Shown here in pieces: positions 51,227-64,000 of a stretch of DNA of 64,000 bases (positions are counted from its first letter, which is position 1; every line of letters starts with the position of its first letter). Origin of the DNA: Chiloscyllium plagiosum (lineage: Eukaryota). The stretch lies in contig NC_057717.1 of assembly GCF_004010195.1 (NCBI RefSeq), forward strand, positions 106,391,127 to 106,455,126. The letters run 5' to 3'. The notes under the pieces were generated by a model. It was not told where the DNA came from. It did no database searches and saw nothing but the letters and a program-made list of their open reading frames with translations. The translations under genes and the position numbers were made by a program.

Positions 51227-52262
51227 CACCTTATGGTGTAGTGGTAGTGTCCTTACCCCTGGACCTGGCAGCCAAGGTTCTAGACCCACCTGCTCCAGAG
51301 ATGTGTAATAACATCCCTGAACTGGTTGACTAGAAAAATAGGTTAGTCCCTTCCCTCTCTCCCTACCCACGTCTCTCTTTTGATGGTTTGCATTTACCCA
51401 ACAGGCTTTGCGTGTAAATATTGAATTGGATGTTTATACTGGTGATGGCTGGTAATTGTTTTAAAAAGGCATGGTTATTTTGATGGTGGGAAGGCCGCTC
51501 AGTTGTAGGTAATAGCACTTCAGAGTAAAATAAAGTATTGCCAGAGGGTCTTGTGGTACAATGGTATAGTCTCTATCGCTGAGCCAGGAGGTCTTGGTTC
51601 ACATCCCACCTGTTCCAGAAGGTGTGCAATAACATCGATGATCAGGTTGATTAGAAAATAAGTTTAAAAAAGAAAATATTACCATTGTACATAATGGGAT
51701 TTTAATCGTAAACAATTAATTGGCTACACAAGTGAATGCTGGTGGTTGTTAGTAAAACACATAAAAGTCATAGTGATTTGGGTGGTGGTAACATCGCTCA
51801 AACGTGCATGTTAACACATCTGGGTGTTAAAAAAAAGAATAAATAAATAAATAAAACAAGACCCATGGGGGGGGGCGGATACAGTTCTTTATTTTCCCCT
51901 CCAATTCCATTTTGATTTAGTTTCTTCCTGCTTTCCCTAAATCCCCTCCTGCTCATTTTTGGTGGTTCATATTGGTCATAATGGATTTGCTTGTGAATCT
52001 CTAATTGGCTACAGGGATGTTTTTATTGGTGGTGGTTAATAGTTAAAAACAAAACATAAATGTCACAGTGATTTGGGGGTGCGATATCCTTCTGGTTGTG
52101 CGTAAGAGCATTTCTGGATACAGAAGAAGGAAAAAGGAGATAAAGGCAGAACCAGGAGACCTGGTTCAAGTCCCACCTCCACCAGAAGTGAGTCATAATA
52201 TCTCTGAACAGGTTGATGAAAATAAAAGCAGATGCAGGAGGCCCACTTATAGTGCAGTGGGA
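51227..52262 (+). mobile_element. Three short tRNA-derived SINE-like copies (~51230, ~51550, ~52150)
   Basis: tggtgtagtggtag...ggttc(aag/aca/tag)...cccacctgctccaga...aataacatc...gaacaggttga repeated. Confidence 0.6.
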
Positions 52263-53795
52263 ATAGAACTTAGAACGGTACAGCACAGAACAGACCCTTC
52301 GGCCCTTGATGTTGTGCTGACCTTTTATCCTACTTTAAGATTAAACTAACCCACATAACCTTTCATTTTACAATCATCCATGGGCTTTTCCAATGTCCCC
52401 AATGTATCTGACTTTACTACCACTGCCGGCAGTGCATTCCACACACCCACCACTCTCTGTGTAAAGAACCGACCTCTGACATCTCCCCTAAATCTTCCTC
52501 CAATCACCTTAAAATAATGCCCCACATGAAAACCATTTCCACCCTGGGAAAAAGTCTTTTGCTATTCACTCTGTCGATGCCTCTCATCATCTTGTACACC
52601 TCTATCAAGTCACCTCTCATCCTTCTTCGTTCCAATAAGAAAAGCCCTAGCTCCCTCTTCCTTTCTTCATAAGACAGCCCTCCAGTCCAGGCAGCATCCT
52701 GGTAAATCTCCTCTGCACTCTCTCTAAAGCTTCCACATCCTCCCTATAATGAGCTGACCAGAACTGAACACAATACTCGAAGTGTGGTCAATCAGGGCTT
52801 TATAGAGCTGCAGCAATACCTCATGGCTCTTAAACTCAATCACCCTTTTAATGAAAACCAATATATCATACGCCTTCTTAACAACCCTATCAACTTGGGC
52901 GGCAGTTTTGAGGGATCTATGGACATGGAACTTGGGCGGCAGTTTTGAGGGATCTATGGACATGGACCCCAAGATCCCTCTGTTCTTCCATATCAGCTTG
53001 AATCCTGCCTTTAACCCTGTATTCTGCTTTCAAATTCGACCTTCCAAAACGAATCACTTCACACTTTTCCAGGCTGAACTCCAAATGCTACTTCTCAGCC
53101 CAGCTCTGCATCCTGACAATGTCCCATTGCAACCTACAACAGCCCTCCATACTATGCACCACTCCTCCAACCTTCGAGTCATCAGCAAACTTCCTGCCCC
53201 CCCCCCTTCCACTTCTTCATCCAAGTTATTTATAAAAATCACAAAGAGCAGAGGTCCCAGAACCAATCCCTGCAGCACACCACTGGTCACTGAGCTCCAG
53301 GCTAAATACTTTCCATCAACTACCACCCTCTGTCTTCTATGGGCCAGCCAATTCTGTATCCAGACAGACAGGTTTCCCTGAGTCCCATGCCTCCTTCCTT
53401 TCTGAATGAGCCTTCCATGGGGAAACCTTATCAAATGCCCTGTTAAAATCCATAGACACCACACCCACTGCTCCACCTTCATCAATGTGTTTTGTCACAT
53501 CCTCAAAGAATTCAATAAGGTTTGTGAGGCATGACTTGCCCCTCACAAAGCCACGCTGACTATCTCTCATCAAACTATGCTTTTCTAAATAATCATAAAT
53601 CCTTTCAGAAACCTCTCTAATAATTTGACCACGACCGACATTAGACTGTCTGGTCTGTAATTCCCAGGATTATACCTATTTCCTTTCTTCAACAAGGGAA
53701 TAACATTTACCACCCTTCAATCATCTGGTACTGCTCCTGTGGACAGTGAGGATGCAAAGATCATCGCCAAAGGCACAGCAATCTCTTCCCTCACT
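52262..53795 (-). mobile_element. CR1 LINE RT to 3' end, cut by a gap
   Basis: GKSCLTNLIEFFEDVTK, SSVTSGVLQGLVLGP; same subfamily as 34628-36880. Confidence 0.92.
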
Positions 53796-54295
53796 NNNNN
53801 NNNNNNNNNNNNNNNNNNNNNNNNNNNNNNNNNNNNNNNNNNNNNNNNNNNNNNNNNNNNNNNNNNNNNNNNNNNNNNNNNNNNNNNNNNNNNNNNNNNN
53901 NNNNNNNNNNNNNNNNNNNNNNNNNNNNNNNNNNNNNNNNNNNNNNNNNNNNNNNNNNNNNNNNNNNNNNNNNNNNNNNNNNNNNNNNNNNNNNNNNNNN
54001 NNNNNNNNNNNNNNNNNNNNNNNNNNNNNNNNNNNNNNNNNNNNNNNNNNNNNNNNNNNNNNNNNNNNNNNNNNNNNNNNNNNNNNNNNNNNNNNNNNNN
54101 NNNNNNNNNNNNNNNNNNNNNNNNNNNNNNNNNNNNNNNNNNNNNNNNNNNNNNNNNNNNNNNNNNNNNNNNNNNNNNNNNNNNNNNNNNNNNNNNNNNN
54201 NNNNNNNNNNNNNNNNNNNNNNNNNNNNNNNNNNNNNNNNNNNNNNNNNNNNNNNNNNNNNNNNNNNNNNNNNNNNNNNNNNNNNNNNNNNNNNN
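53796..54295. other. Assembly gap, exactly 500 N
   Basis: Counted directly. Confidence 0.98.
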
Positions 54296-55209
54296 ATACA
54301 TGTACATCCTGTCCCTCAGGATTCCCTCGAATAACCTGCCCATCACTGATGTCTGGCTGATCATCCAACTCATTCCCCTGTTACTGATTTCACTCCATAT
54401 CCTTTGATCCTTTTAGTCCTAAGAAATACATCCACATCTTTCTCAAAAGTCGTCAATGTTTTGGCCTCAACAGTTTTCTGTAGCAGAGAATTCCAAAGGC
54501 TGACCACAATCTGGGGAAAATGAAATCCTTCTAATGTCAATCCTAAATAGCCTACCCTGTATTCTTGGACTATGACCCCTGGTTCTGGATTCCCTGGTCA
54601 TTGGGACCATCCTTCCTGTATTTATCCTCTAATCCTATTAGAATTTTATAGGTTTCTAAGAGATCCTTCCTTATTCTTATAAATTCTAGTGAATCTGGTC
54701 CGAACCAATCCAGTCTGCCTCCATACATCAATCTGGCCATTCCAGGAGTTAGTCTAGTAACAAAAACAGAAAGTGCTGGGAAAACTCAGTAGCTCTGACA
54801 GCACCTGTGGAGAGAAAGCAGAGTTAATGTTTCGGGTCCAGTGACCCCCCTTCAGAACTCAGACAGTTATTTTGGGGAAAGCACAAGGCAGGCAGTAGGG
54901 GTATTGGATATTGATTCAAATTGAACAGATGTGATTAATGGTGTTCCCCAGGGATTCATACTTGGACCTCATTCTTTCACTATGATTAATTTGATGAAGG
55001 AACAGCAAGTGATGAATTGAAGGTCACTGATGAAACTCAGTTAGGCCACATGGTAATGACTACAGACAGGGCAGAAAGGAACAAAGAGACAATTAATAGA
55101 TTAAGTGAATGGGCACAACATGGTTAGATGGAGTTCACTGAGAATAAGCACAAAGTTTTCAACTTTGGATGAAGAAAATATGATTGGAGTATTTTCCAAG
55201 TGGTGATAA

Positions 55210-57675
55210 GACCATAAAACCATCAGACATAGGAGCAGAAATTAGGCCATTCAGCCCATCGAGTCTGCTCCATCATTCAACCATGGCTGATAAGTTTATC
55301 AACTCCATTCTCCTGCTTTCTCTCCATAACCCTTGATCACCATGATACTCAAACACCTACCTATCTCAGCCTCCACCACCTTCTATGGCAATGAGTTCCA
55401 TAGATTCACTACTCTTTCGCTGAAGAAGTTTTCCCTTATCTCTGTTCTAAAAGGTCTTCCCTTCACTCTAAGGCTATGCCCTTGGGTCCTTGTTTCTCTT
55501 AACCATGGAAACATCTTCCCAATGTCTATTCTGTCCAGGCCATTCAGTATTCTGTATGTTTCAGTTAGATCCCCCTCACCCTTCTAAACTCCATCGAGTA
55601 TAAACCCAGAGTCCTCAAATGTTCTCATATGTTAAGCTTTACATTCCTGGGGTCATTCTCGTGAACCTCCTCTGAAAACACTCCAGAGCAAGTACATCCT
55701 TCCTGAGATTTGGGGCCCAAAACTGCACACATTGCTCCAAATGTGGTCTGACCAGACCCTTATAGAGTCTCAGAAGGACATTGTTACTTTTCTATTTAAG
55801 TCCTCTCAAAATAAATGCCATCATTGCATTTGCCTTCCAAACTATTGACTCCACCTGCAGGTTTTCCTCGAGTGAAATCTGGACTAGAACTCTCAAGTCT
55901 CTTTACATTTCAGACTTCTGAATTTTGTCTCCCTTTAGAAAATAGCCCATGCCTCTATTCTTCCAACCAAAGTGCATGACCTCACACTTTCCTACATTGT
56001 ACTTCATCTGTTACTTCTTTGCCCACTCTCCTAACCTGTCCAAATCTTTCTGCAGCTTCCCACTTCCTCAATACTACCTGTCCCTCTACCTATCTTTGTA
56101 TAGTTTGCAAACTTAGCCAGAATGCCCTCAGTCTCTTCATCTAGATCATTAATGTATAAAGTGAAAAGTTGTAGACCCAACACTGAGCCTTGCAGAACAC
56201 CACTTCTCACAGACTGCCACCCTGAGAATGATCCTTTTATCCCCATTTTCTGCATTCTGCCAGACAGCCAAGCTTCTATCCATGCTAGCACCTTGCCTCT
56301 AACACCATGGGCCCTTATCTTACTCAGTAGCCTTCTGTGCAGCACCTTGTCAAAGGCCTTCTTGAAGTCATCCATTGGCTCTCCTTGGTCTAACCTGCTC
56401 ATTACTTCCTCAAAGAATTCTAGTAGATTTGTCAGGCAAGACCTCCCCTTGATGGAACCCTGCTGACTTTGCCCTATTTTACCATACACTTCCAAGTATT
56501 CAGAAATCTTATCCTTCACAATGGAGTCCAATCTTACCCACGTTTGAGGTCAGGCTAATCGGACTGTAATTTTCCATCTTTTGCCTTACCTCCTTTTTAA
56601 ACGGGTGTGTTACGTTAGTGATTTTCCAGTCCTCTGGGGCCCTCCATGATCCTAGTGATTCCTGGAAGATCACCACTAACACCTCCATTATCTCTTCAGC
56701 TATCTCCCTTAGAACACTGGGGTGTAGTCCATCTGGTCCAAGTGGTTTATCCACCTTCCGGCCAATCAGGTTTTCTAGCACTTTCTTCCTGGTGATGGTC
56801 ACCATACTCATTTCTGGGCTCCCCCCCACAACTCTCTTGAATGTTTGGGATATTACTCATGTCTTCGACCATGAATACTGGCGTGAAGTAATTATTCAGT
56901 TCCTCAGCCATTCCCTTATTCCCCACTATGATCTCTCCAGCACCATTTTATAATGTCCACTTTTGCCTCTTACTCTTATAGTCTTCCTTGATATTGCTAG
57001 CTAGCTTAGCCTCATATTTAATCTTCTCCCTACTTATTTCTTTCTTTGTTGCCCTCTGTTGGTCTTTGAAAAGTGTGATGCTGGAAAAGTGCAGCAGGCC
57101 AGGCAGCATCCGAGGAGCAGGAGAATCGACGTTTCGGGTATAAGCTCTTCTTCAGGAATGAGGCTGGTGTGCCAAGCGGGCTGAGATAAAAGGTGGAGGG
57201 GGGTGGAATTTGGGGAAGGGGCTCTGGGAACACGATAGATCTCAGTCCCAACCCCCGGATTCAGCACCGCCTTCTTGACCTGCAATCTTCTTCCCGACCT
57301 CTCCGCCCCCACCCCTCCTCCGGCCTATCACCCTCACCCTCACCTCCTTCCACCTATCGTATTCCCAGCACTCCTTCCCCAAATTCCACCCGCCCCACCT
57401 TTTATCTCAGCCTGCTTGGCACACCAACCTCATTCCTGAAAAAGGGCTTATGCCCGAAACGTCGATTCTCCTGCTCCTTGGATGCTGCCTGGCCTGCTGC
57501 GCTTTTCCAGCACTACACTTTTCAACTCTGGTCTCCAGCATCTGCAGTCCTCACTTTCTCCTCTCTGTTGGTTTTTGTAAGCTTCCCAATCCTCTGGTTG
57601 CCCACTGCCCTTCACCACATTATATGCTTTCTCTTTTGCTTTTATGCCATTCCTGACTTCCTTAGTCAGCCATGG
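55210..57675 (-). mobile_element. CR1 LINE ORF2 with nested PLE insertion (57069-57562); resumes at ~59105-59470
   Basis: GRSCLTNLLEFFEEV, DFKKAFDKV, GPDGLHP; LGGSDHNMIEF at ~59350. Confidence 0.9.
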
Positions 57676-59100
57676 TTATATCCAATCCCTCTACACCTCC
57701 ATCAGCCATGACCAGGGCCTCCAAGCCCTCCGTTTCTTCTTCTCCCAACATCACCAACAGAACCCTTCCACCGACACTCTCATTCGTTTGGCTGAACTGG
57801 CCCTCATCCTCAACAATTTCTCCTTCGAATCCTCCCAGTTCCTCCAGAACAAAGGGGTAGCTATGGGCACCTGTATGGGTCCCAGCTATGCCTGTCTTTT
57901 TGTTGGCTACGTAGAACAGTCCATCTTCCGTAATTACACTGGCACCACTCCCCACCTCTTCCACTGTTACATTGATGACTGCATTGGCGCCACCTCGTGC
58001 TTCCACGAGGAGGTTGAGCAATTCATCAACTTCACCAACATATTCCACCCTGTCCTTAAATTCACCTGGACCATCTCTGACACCTCCCTCCCCTTCCTGG
58101 ACCTCTCCATCTCCATTAATGANNNNNNNNNNNNNNNNNNNNNNNNNNNNNNNNNNNNNNNNNNNNNNNNNNNNNNNNNNNNNNNNNNNNNNNNNNNNNN
58201 NNNNNNNNNNNNNNNNNNNNNNNNNNNNNNNNNNNNNNNNNNNNNNNNNNNNNNNNNNNNNNNNNNNNNNNNNNNNNNNNNNNNNNNNNNNNNNNNNNNN
58301 NNNNNNNNNNNNNNNNNNNNNNNNNNNNNNNNNNNNNNNNNNNNNNNNNNNNNNNNNNNNNNNNNNNNNNNNNNNNNNNNNNNNNNNNNNNNNNNNNNNN
58401 NNNNNNNNNNNNNNNNNNNNNNNNNNNNNNNNNNNNNNNNNNNNNNNNNNNNNNNNNNNNNNNNNNNNNNNNNNNNNNNNNNNNNNNNNNNNNNNNNNNN
58501 NNNNNNNNNNNNNNNNNNNNNNNNNNNNNNNNNNNNNNNNNNNNNNNNNNNNNNNNNNNNNNNNNNNNNNNNNNNNNNNNNNNNNNNNNNNNNNNNNNNN
58601 NNNNNNNNNNNNNNNNNNNNNNNNNNNNNNNNNNNNNNNNNNNNNNNNNNNNNNNNNNNNNNNNNNNNNNNNNNNNNNNNNNNNNNNNNNNNNNNNNNNN
58701 NNNNNNNNNNNNNNNNNNNNNNNNNNNNNNNNNNNNNNNNNNNNNNNNNNNNNNNNNNNNNNNNNNNNNNNNNNNNNNNNNNNNNNNNNNNNNNNNNNNN
58801 NNNNNNNNNNNNNNNNNNNNNNNNNNNNNNNNNNNNNNNNNNNNNNNNNNNNNNNNNNNNNNNNNNNNNNNNNNNNNNNNNNNNNNNNNNNNNNNNNNNN
58901 NNNNNNNNNNNNNNNNNNNNNNNNNNNNNNNNNNNNNNNNNNNNNNNNNNNNNNNNNNNNNNNNNNNNNNNNNNNNNNNNNNNNNNNNNNNNNNNNNNNN
59001 NNNATTTTCCTGCTCCTCGGATGCTGCCTGAACTGCTGTGCTTTTCCAGCACCACTCTAATCTAGAATCTGGTTTCCAGTATCTGCAGCCCTTGTTTTTA
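57676..59100 (+). mobile_element. Penelope-like element RT (N-gap) and terminus
   Basis: IQSLYTSI...GVAMGTCMGPSYACLFVG...YIDDC...LPFLDLSI. Confidence 0.92.
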
Positions 59101-59960
59101 CGTGGTTACCTCATCTTCCCTGTACCGTGCTTTCTTTTCCTTGGGATAAATCTCTGCATGTCTCCTTAATTACTCCCAGAAATTCCTGCCATTGCTGTTC
59201 CACTGTCTTTCCTGCTAGGCTCCTTTCCCAGTCAATTCTACCCAGATGTTCCCTCATGCCTCTGTAGTTGCCTTTATTCAGCTGTAATACCGTTACCTCT
59301 AATTTTAACTTGTCCCTCTCAAATTGGAGAGTAAATTCAATCATATTATGGTCACTGCCTCCTAAGGGTTCCTTCATCCTAAACTCCCTTATCAAGTCTA
59401 CCTCATTGCACAACATTAAATCCAGTATTGTCTGTTCTCTAGTGAGCTCCACCACAAGCTGCTCAAAAAGTCTGACACGTGAAGGCGCAGGGAGTTTTAA
59501 GAGTCTTAGAATGAAATGAAGCTCATGGATATGTACAAAAAATAATTTAATGGGCTACTGAAATGTTGGCCTTAATTTCAAGGAAGCTAGAATGGACGTT
59601 AAATCAAGCTTTTGTGAAACTGAGTTTTGAGCACTGTACTGAGTTCATTTCTGGGCATTGTACATCTCCAAGTATATATTGGATTTTGGAACATGCCAGA
59701 ACAATACCAGGACTCAGATGATTAAATTATAAAATTGCAGAGATTAGGTTTGTATTCCCTTCAGTTTAGAAGATTAAGCAGTGATCTAATTGAAATAATT
59801 ATGACCATTACAAGAGTTCGTAACGTTGGTAGAAACTGTTTTCTGTGCTGAGGGGACTGTAAACAAGGGTAAGGCTGTCGGGGTGACATCAGGGAGCACT
59901 TCTTCAAACAAGTGCATATAAAATCATATGAGCTACATTAACCATAAATGTGTTTCTTAC

Positions 59961-62710
59961 TCAGAGGTGGCATGTAGCTGCCATTGGCATTCCTAATTTC
60001 ATTTCAACCCCACCCAGAGCTGACAATATCAGGTTTAATCTGGTGCGGAGTCTTCTCCCAGTCAACAACTCTGCTGGAGCTATCCTTATAGATGGGTGAG
60101 GGGTGGTCCTATAAGCAAACAGGAATCGGCACAGTTTGGTATCAAGAGGTGCTGTAGGCTGCTTCTTTAGCAATGCCTTCAATATTTGGACCGCTCTTTC
60201 CTGTAGACCATTAGATGATGGTATGGAGCTGTCTTTATGTACTGAATATCATTTGACTTTAGGAAATAGTCAAGTTCCCTGCTGGTAAATTACATCCCAT
60301 TGTCCGCGACCAAAATTTGCAGTAGTCCATGTATCACGACCGATACTTGCAGCTTCTCAATTGTCATCCCTAATTTTGCTGTACAGACTTTATGCAAATC
60401 CAACCACTTTGGGTGGACATCCACAATGAGCAAGAATATTGATCCCATGACAGGACCAAGTCCAGGGTTTACCCAGCCATTCCCACAAATGTAGGGGCAT
60501 TGCTGGTGGCAGTTTTTGTCCTTGTTAGCACTCTGGGTATTGCCCCATCTACACAGCTATATCGGCCTCCAACCCTGGCAACCAGACATCGCTTCTTGCT
60601 AGCGTCTTCATCTTAGAAACTCCTGAATGACCCTGGTGGAGTTCAGCCAGTATCTGGCAGCAACCTTTACTCAGGACAGCACCCTTGCTCCCCACAATAA
60701 TACCTGGTCTTGCCAGGTTTCAATCCTGGTTGCAATGGCCCTTCTGTTTCCCCCATTACCATCAGCTGTTTTAGTTTCTCTAGGACAGGATGTTTTGTGT
60801 GCCCATAGTCAGATATTGTCAGCGGTGACTGGAAGGGTGTCCAGGAAGTTCAAAACCAAAACAGACTGTTCGAGGGGAGGCACCAGTGGTGGAGTGTCTG
60901 CCAGTGGGAGGTGGCTCAAGGAATCCGCACTGACCATTTGGCTTCCTGGATGGTGTTCTAACTTGGACTTGTATGCGCTGGGAATAAGGGCCTGACACTG
61001 AATTCTCCTGGAATCTATGGGTAGCACCACCTTATCTTCCATCAGAAACCCTAGCAGGGTTTGTGATCTGTTATTGTGACACATTTCCATCACTAAAGCT
61101 ACTGCTGGAACTTCCTCACACCAAAAATGACTGCCAAGCCTTCCTTCTCTATCTGGGTGTAATGCGTTCACCATCAGCCAAAGTGTGGGAAGCATGTGCT
61201 ATCAGGATTCCTCTCCTTTGGGTTTCCGGTGAACCAACACTGCTCCAATACCATGTGGGGAGGCATCGCATGTCAGCACTACCTCTCGCTTCGGATCGTA
61301 GTTGACAAAGATCTTAGATTAGATTAGATTAGATTCCCTAATCTGGAAACAGGCCCTTCAGCCTAACAAGTCGACACTGACCCTCCGAAGAGTAACCCAC
61401 CCAGACCCATTTCCCTATATTTTCCCCTGACTACTGCACCTAACACTATATCAGTACGACCTCTCGCTTCGGATCGTAGTCGGCCAAGACCTTAGATGAC
61501 AAAAGCTGCGTTTTCCCTAAAGGCTACTTCGTGGCTATGTGACCATTTCCAAGGCTGACTCTTTATCAACAGCAGGTGTAAGAGTGCAAAGATAGAGGCC
61601 AGGTTACGTATGAATTTTCTGTAATAATTTACTAACCCATGGAAAGACCTATGTTCTGGTACGGACATGGGAGCCAGGGCTCCTTTGATCACCCTCACTT
61701 TATCTTCCAATGGGTGTAACCCAGTTTTGGAAAAGAGCACAGGCTGACAATACCCCAAATAGCAGTCTTGTGTCTTGGTATAAACCCTTATAGGTATTAA
61801 TTATAGTGTACTTCTGGGACTCATCCAATCACAATTGTGGGTAGGCATGGCTCATGTCCAGCTTCGTAAAGGAGAGCCCTCTCACCACCTTCGCATACAA
61901 GTCCTCTGTGCGAGGGATTGGGTATTTATCCAGCTGCAAGAGGTGGTTTACTGTTTGTTTAAAATCCCCACAAAGATGAACTGAGCTATCAGGCTTCACA
62001 ATCAGTACGACCAGTGCCACCCATTCTGTAACTGCACTGGTATGATGATTCCTTTGCTCTTCAGCCTCCTGATTTCTGCCTGTACTTTTAGGGCAAATGG
62101 TATTAGGCAGGTGTCGCAAAATCTCGGAATTGCTGCCTGGTCAAGATGTAAAGTGGCTTTGGCCCTTTGATAGTCTCAAGCCCTTTGTGAAATACTTCTG
62201 GGTATTTCACTAGGACTTCACTGATGTAGCCATTTTCTAATCGAAAAATGTTGAGCCAATCTAGGTGAATCTTTCTCAACCAATTCTGCCCTAATAGGCT
62301 TGGGCCCCAAGCCTTTTACTCCCATCAGTGGGAACTACACCAACTGCTTCTCATAGGTAATCGGAAGCCAAACTTTTACCCTCAATCTGCAACAGTTCCC
62401 CAGTGTATGTTAATAGTGTGGCTAAGATCTTGCACAAACGTAATGGTTGGAGTCCCAAGCGAATCTTGTTAAAGACCAAATCTGCAACCACAGATACAGC
62501 TGCACTGGTATCGACTTTCATGGGAACTGGGTGACCATTTCACTGAACATTAATTTTAATCGGTTCTGAATTGGAAATTGCTAAGCACTTTAATTGTTCC
62601 AACCCACATGTACGGGGACTTTCCAGGGTGTGCACTCTTCTGGGTGACAGCCTATAGGTTTTCTTACTCAGGTCGGGCCCTATAGGAGTCTTTTGTTGTC
62701 TCAAATCCAT
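59961..62710 (-). mobile_element. Degenerate Gypsy pol (protease, RT, RNase H, integrase) with HE1 3' fragment at ~61315-61450
   Basis: LCGDFKQTVNHLLQLDKYPIPR, GLVNYYRKFI, FLFAYRTTPH. Confidence 0.9.
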
Positions 62711-62711
62711 A

Positions 62712-64000
62712 TTATGGCAGCAACGACAATGGCTACAAATAAGGAAGGAGAAGATTGAATATGAGGGTAAACTAGTTGGTAATATTTGGAAAGATTGCAA
62801 GAAGTTTTTTTCGTATATAAAGAGCAAAAGGAGGCAAAAGTAGACATTGGGCTGCTGAAAAATGATGCTGGAGAATTAATGATGAGGAACAAAGAAATGG
62901 CTGATGAACTGAATAAGTATTTTGCATCAGTCGTCTGAGGCTTTATAAAACTCTGGTCAGACCACATTGAAAGTATTATGAGCAGTTTTATGCCCCATAC
63001 CTCAGGAAAGATGTATTGTCCCTGGAGCAGGTCCCAACGAGGTTCATGAGAATGATCCCAGGAATGAAAGGCTTAACATACAAGGAACGTTTGAGGATTC
63101 TGGATCTATACTCGATAGAGTTTAGAAGGATGGGGGGATCTGATTGAAACTTTCAGAATACTGAATGGCTTGGACAGATTGGATATAGGGGAGATGTTTC
63201 CATTGGTAGGACAGACGAGGACCCAATGGCGCAGCCTCAGAGTAAAGGGGAATCCAGCATCAATCCCTGTGGAACACAGCTGTGCTATGGACCAGACCAG
63301 ACCTTCTCAAAATATTTTAAGAAGGTAGCCCAGACCCTAACCTTTTCTTATTTTGAAGGTAAATGTCAGATGCTGTTTTCCAGGTGCAGTGCAGTTGGTC
63401 AAATTACTTGACGTTAAGCAAAACATAATTTATTCAAACACTGCAGTTAAAGTGCAATAAAAGAAACAAGAATTTGTGAATAACAACTCCATTGGAAAAC
63501 TTAACAGAGTAATAAATACAGTAATTATTACTAATTAACTATTTCAATATAATGAATCCATAAGCATATTCTTGGCAAAAGGCAAATTCAGAAAACAGAT
63601 TGTCACATGGATAGCATAAAGCAGACAGAGGACCCCCAGCTTTTGGCTGTAACCAAGAGAGGTACAAAAATAGCTTCCATCTCTTCAAGACCCGAACAGC
63701 AATTATTGAAAACTACACCTAAAATCCCTGGTTCTGTGAGTGGATTTTAGGTGTAGTTTTTGGAGGGTGGCTAATGTTATACCACTTTTTAAGAAAGGTG
63801 GGTGAGAGAAAGCAGGAAATTATAGACCAGTTAGTCTGACCTCAGTGGTGGGAAAGATGCTGGAGTCTATGATAAAGGATGAAATTACTGCACATCTGGA
63901 TAGTAGTTACAGGATAGGACAGAGTCAGCATGAATTTATGAAGGGGAAATCATGCTTGACTAATCTTCTTGAAGTTTTTGAGGATGTAACTCTGAAGTTG
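62712..64000 (+). mobile_element. CR1 fragments (62712-63250, 63760-64000) around a possible solo LTR (~63283-63740)
   Basis: MADELNKYFASV; NYRPVSLTSVVGKMLE; the middle segment is unclassified. Confidence 0.65.

Noticed and set aside
52892-52966. ~37-bp tandem duplication inside CR1
   Set aside because: Ordinary slippage in a dead element.
13946-59065. Long ORFs containing X runs
   Set aside because: Artefacts of translation through N gaps.

Overview
Repeat-rich vertebrate genomic DNA, almost certainly a shark: it carries an HE1/V-SINE, CR1 LINEs, Penelope-like elements (PLEs), Gypsy LTR elements and six N-gaps. The non-repeat content is a tandem cluster of ICAM/VCAM-family immunoglobulin-superfamily genes. 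(D) One gene with open, phase-1 exons for six Ig domains, a transmembrane segment and a cytoplasmic tail. D3-D6 and TM lie on the minus strand (31655-22019), but D1 and D2 lie on the plus strand (42211-50492) inside a 20-kb block bounded by two exactly-500-N gaps, most likely a mis-oriented contig. Its signal exon was not found. (C) A pseudogenised 3' duplicate of D (20142-12535). (B) A 5'-only paralog: promoter, signal exon, a D1 exon with one premature TGA, and a second decayed D1 exon (7165-5885). (A) The promoter and probable signal exon of a further paralog running off the left edge. A and B share a GAS (STAT) plus kB-like promoter module and NF-kB-site-bearing intron-1 patches. At least four PLE families carry minimal hammerhead-ribozyme motifs, and several insertions have long target duplications (up to 55 bp). 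Exon boundaries, translations and identity estimates were read by hand; no database searches were run.
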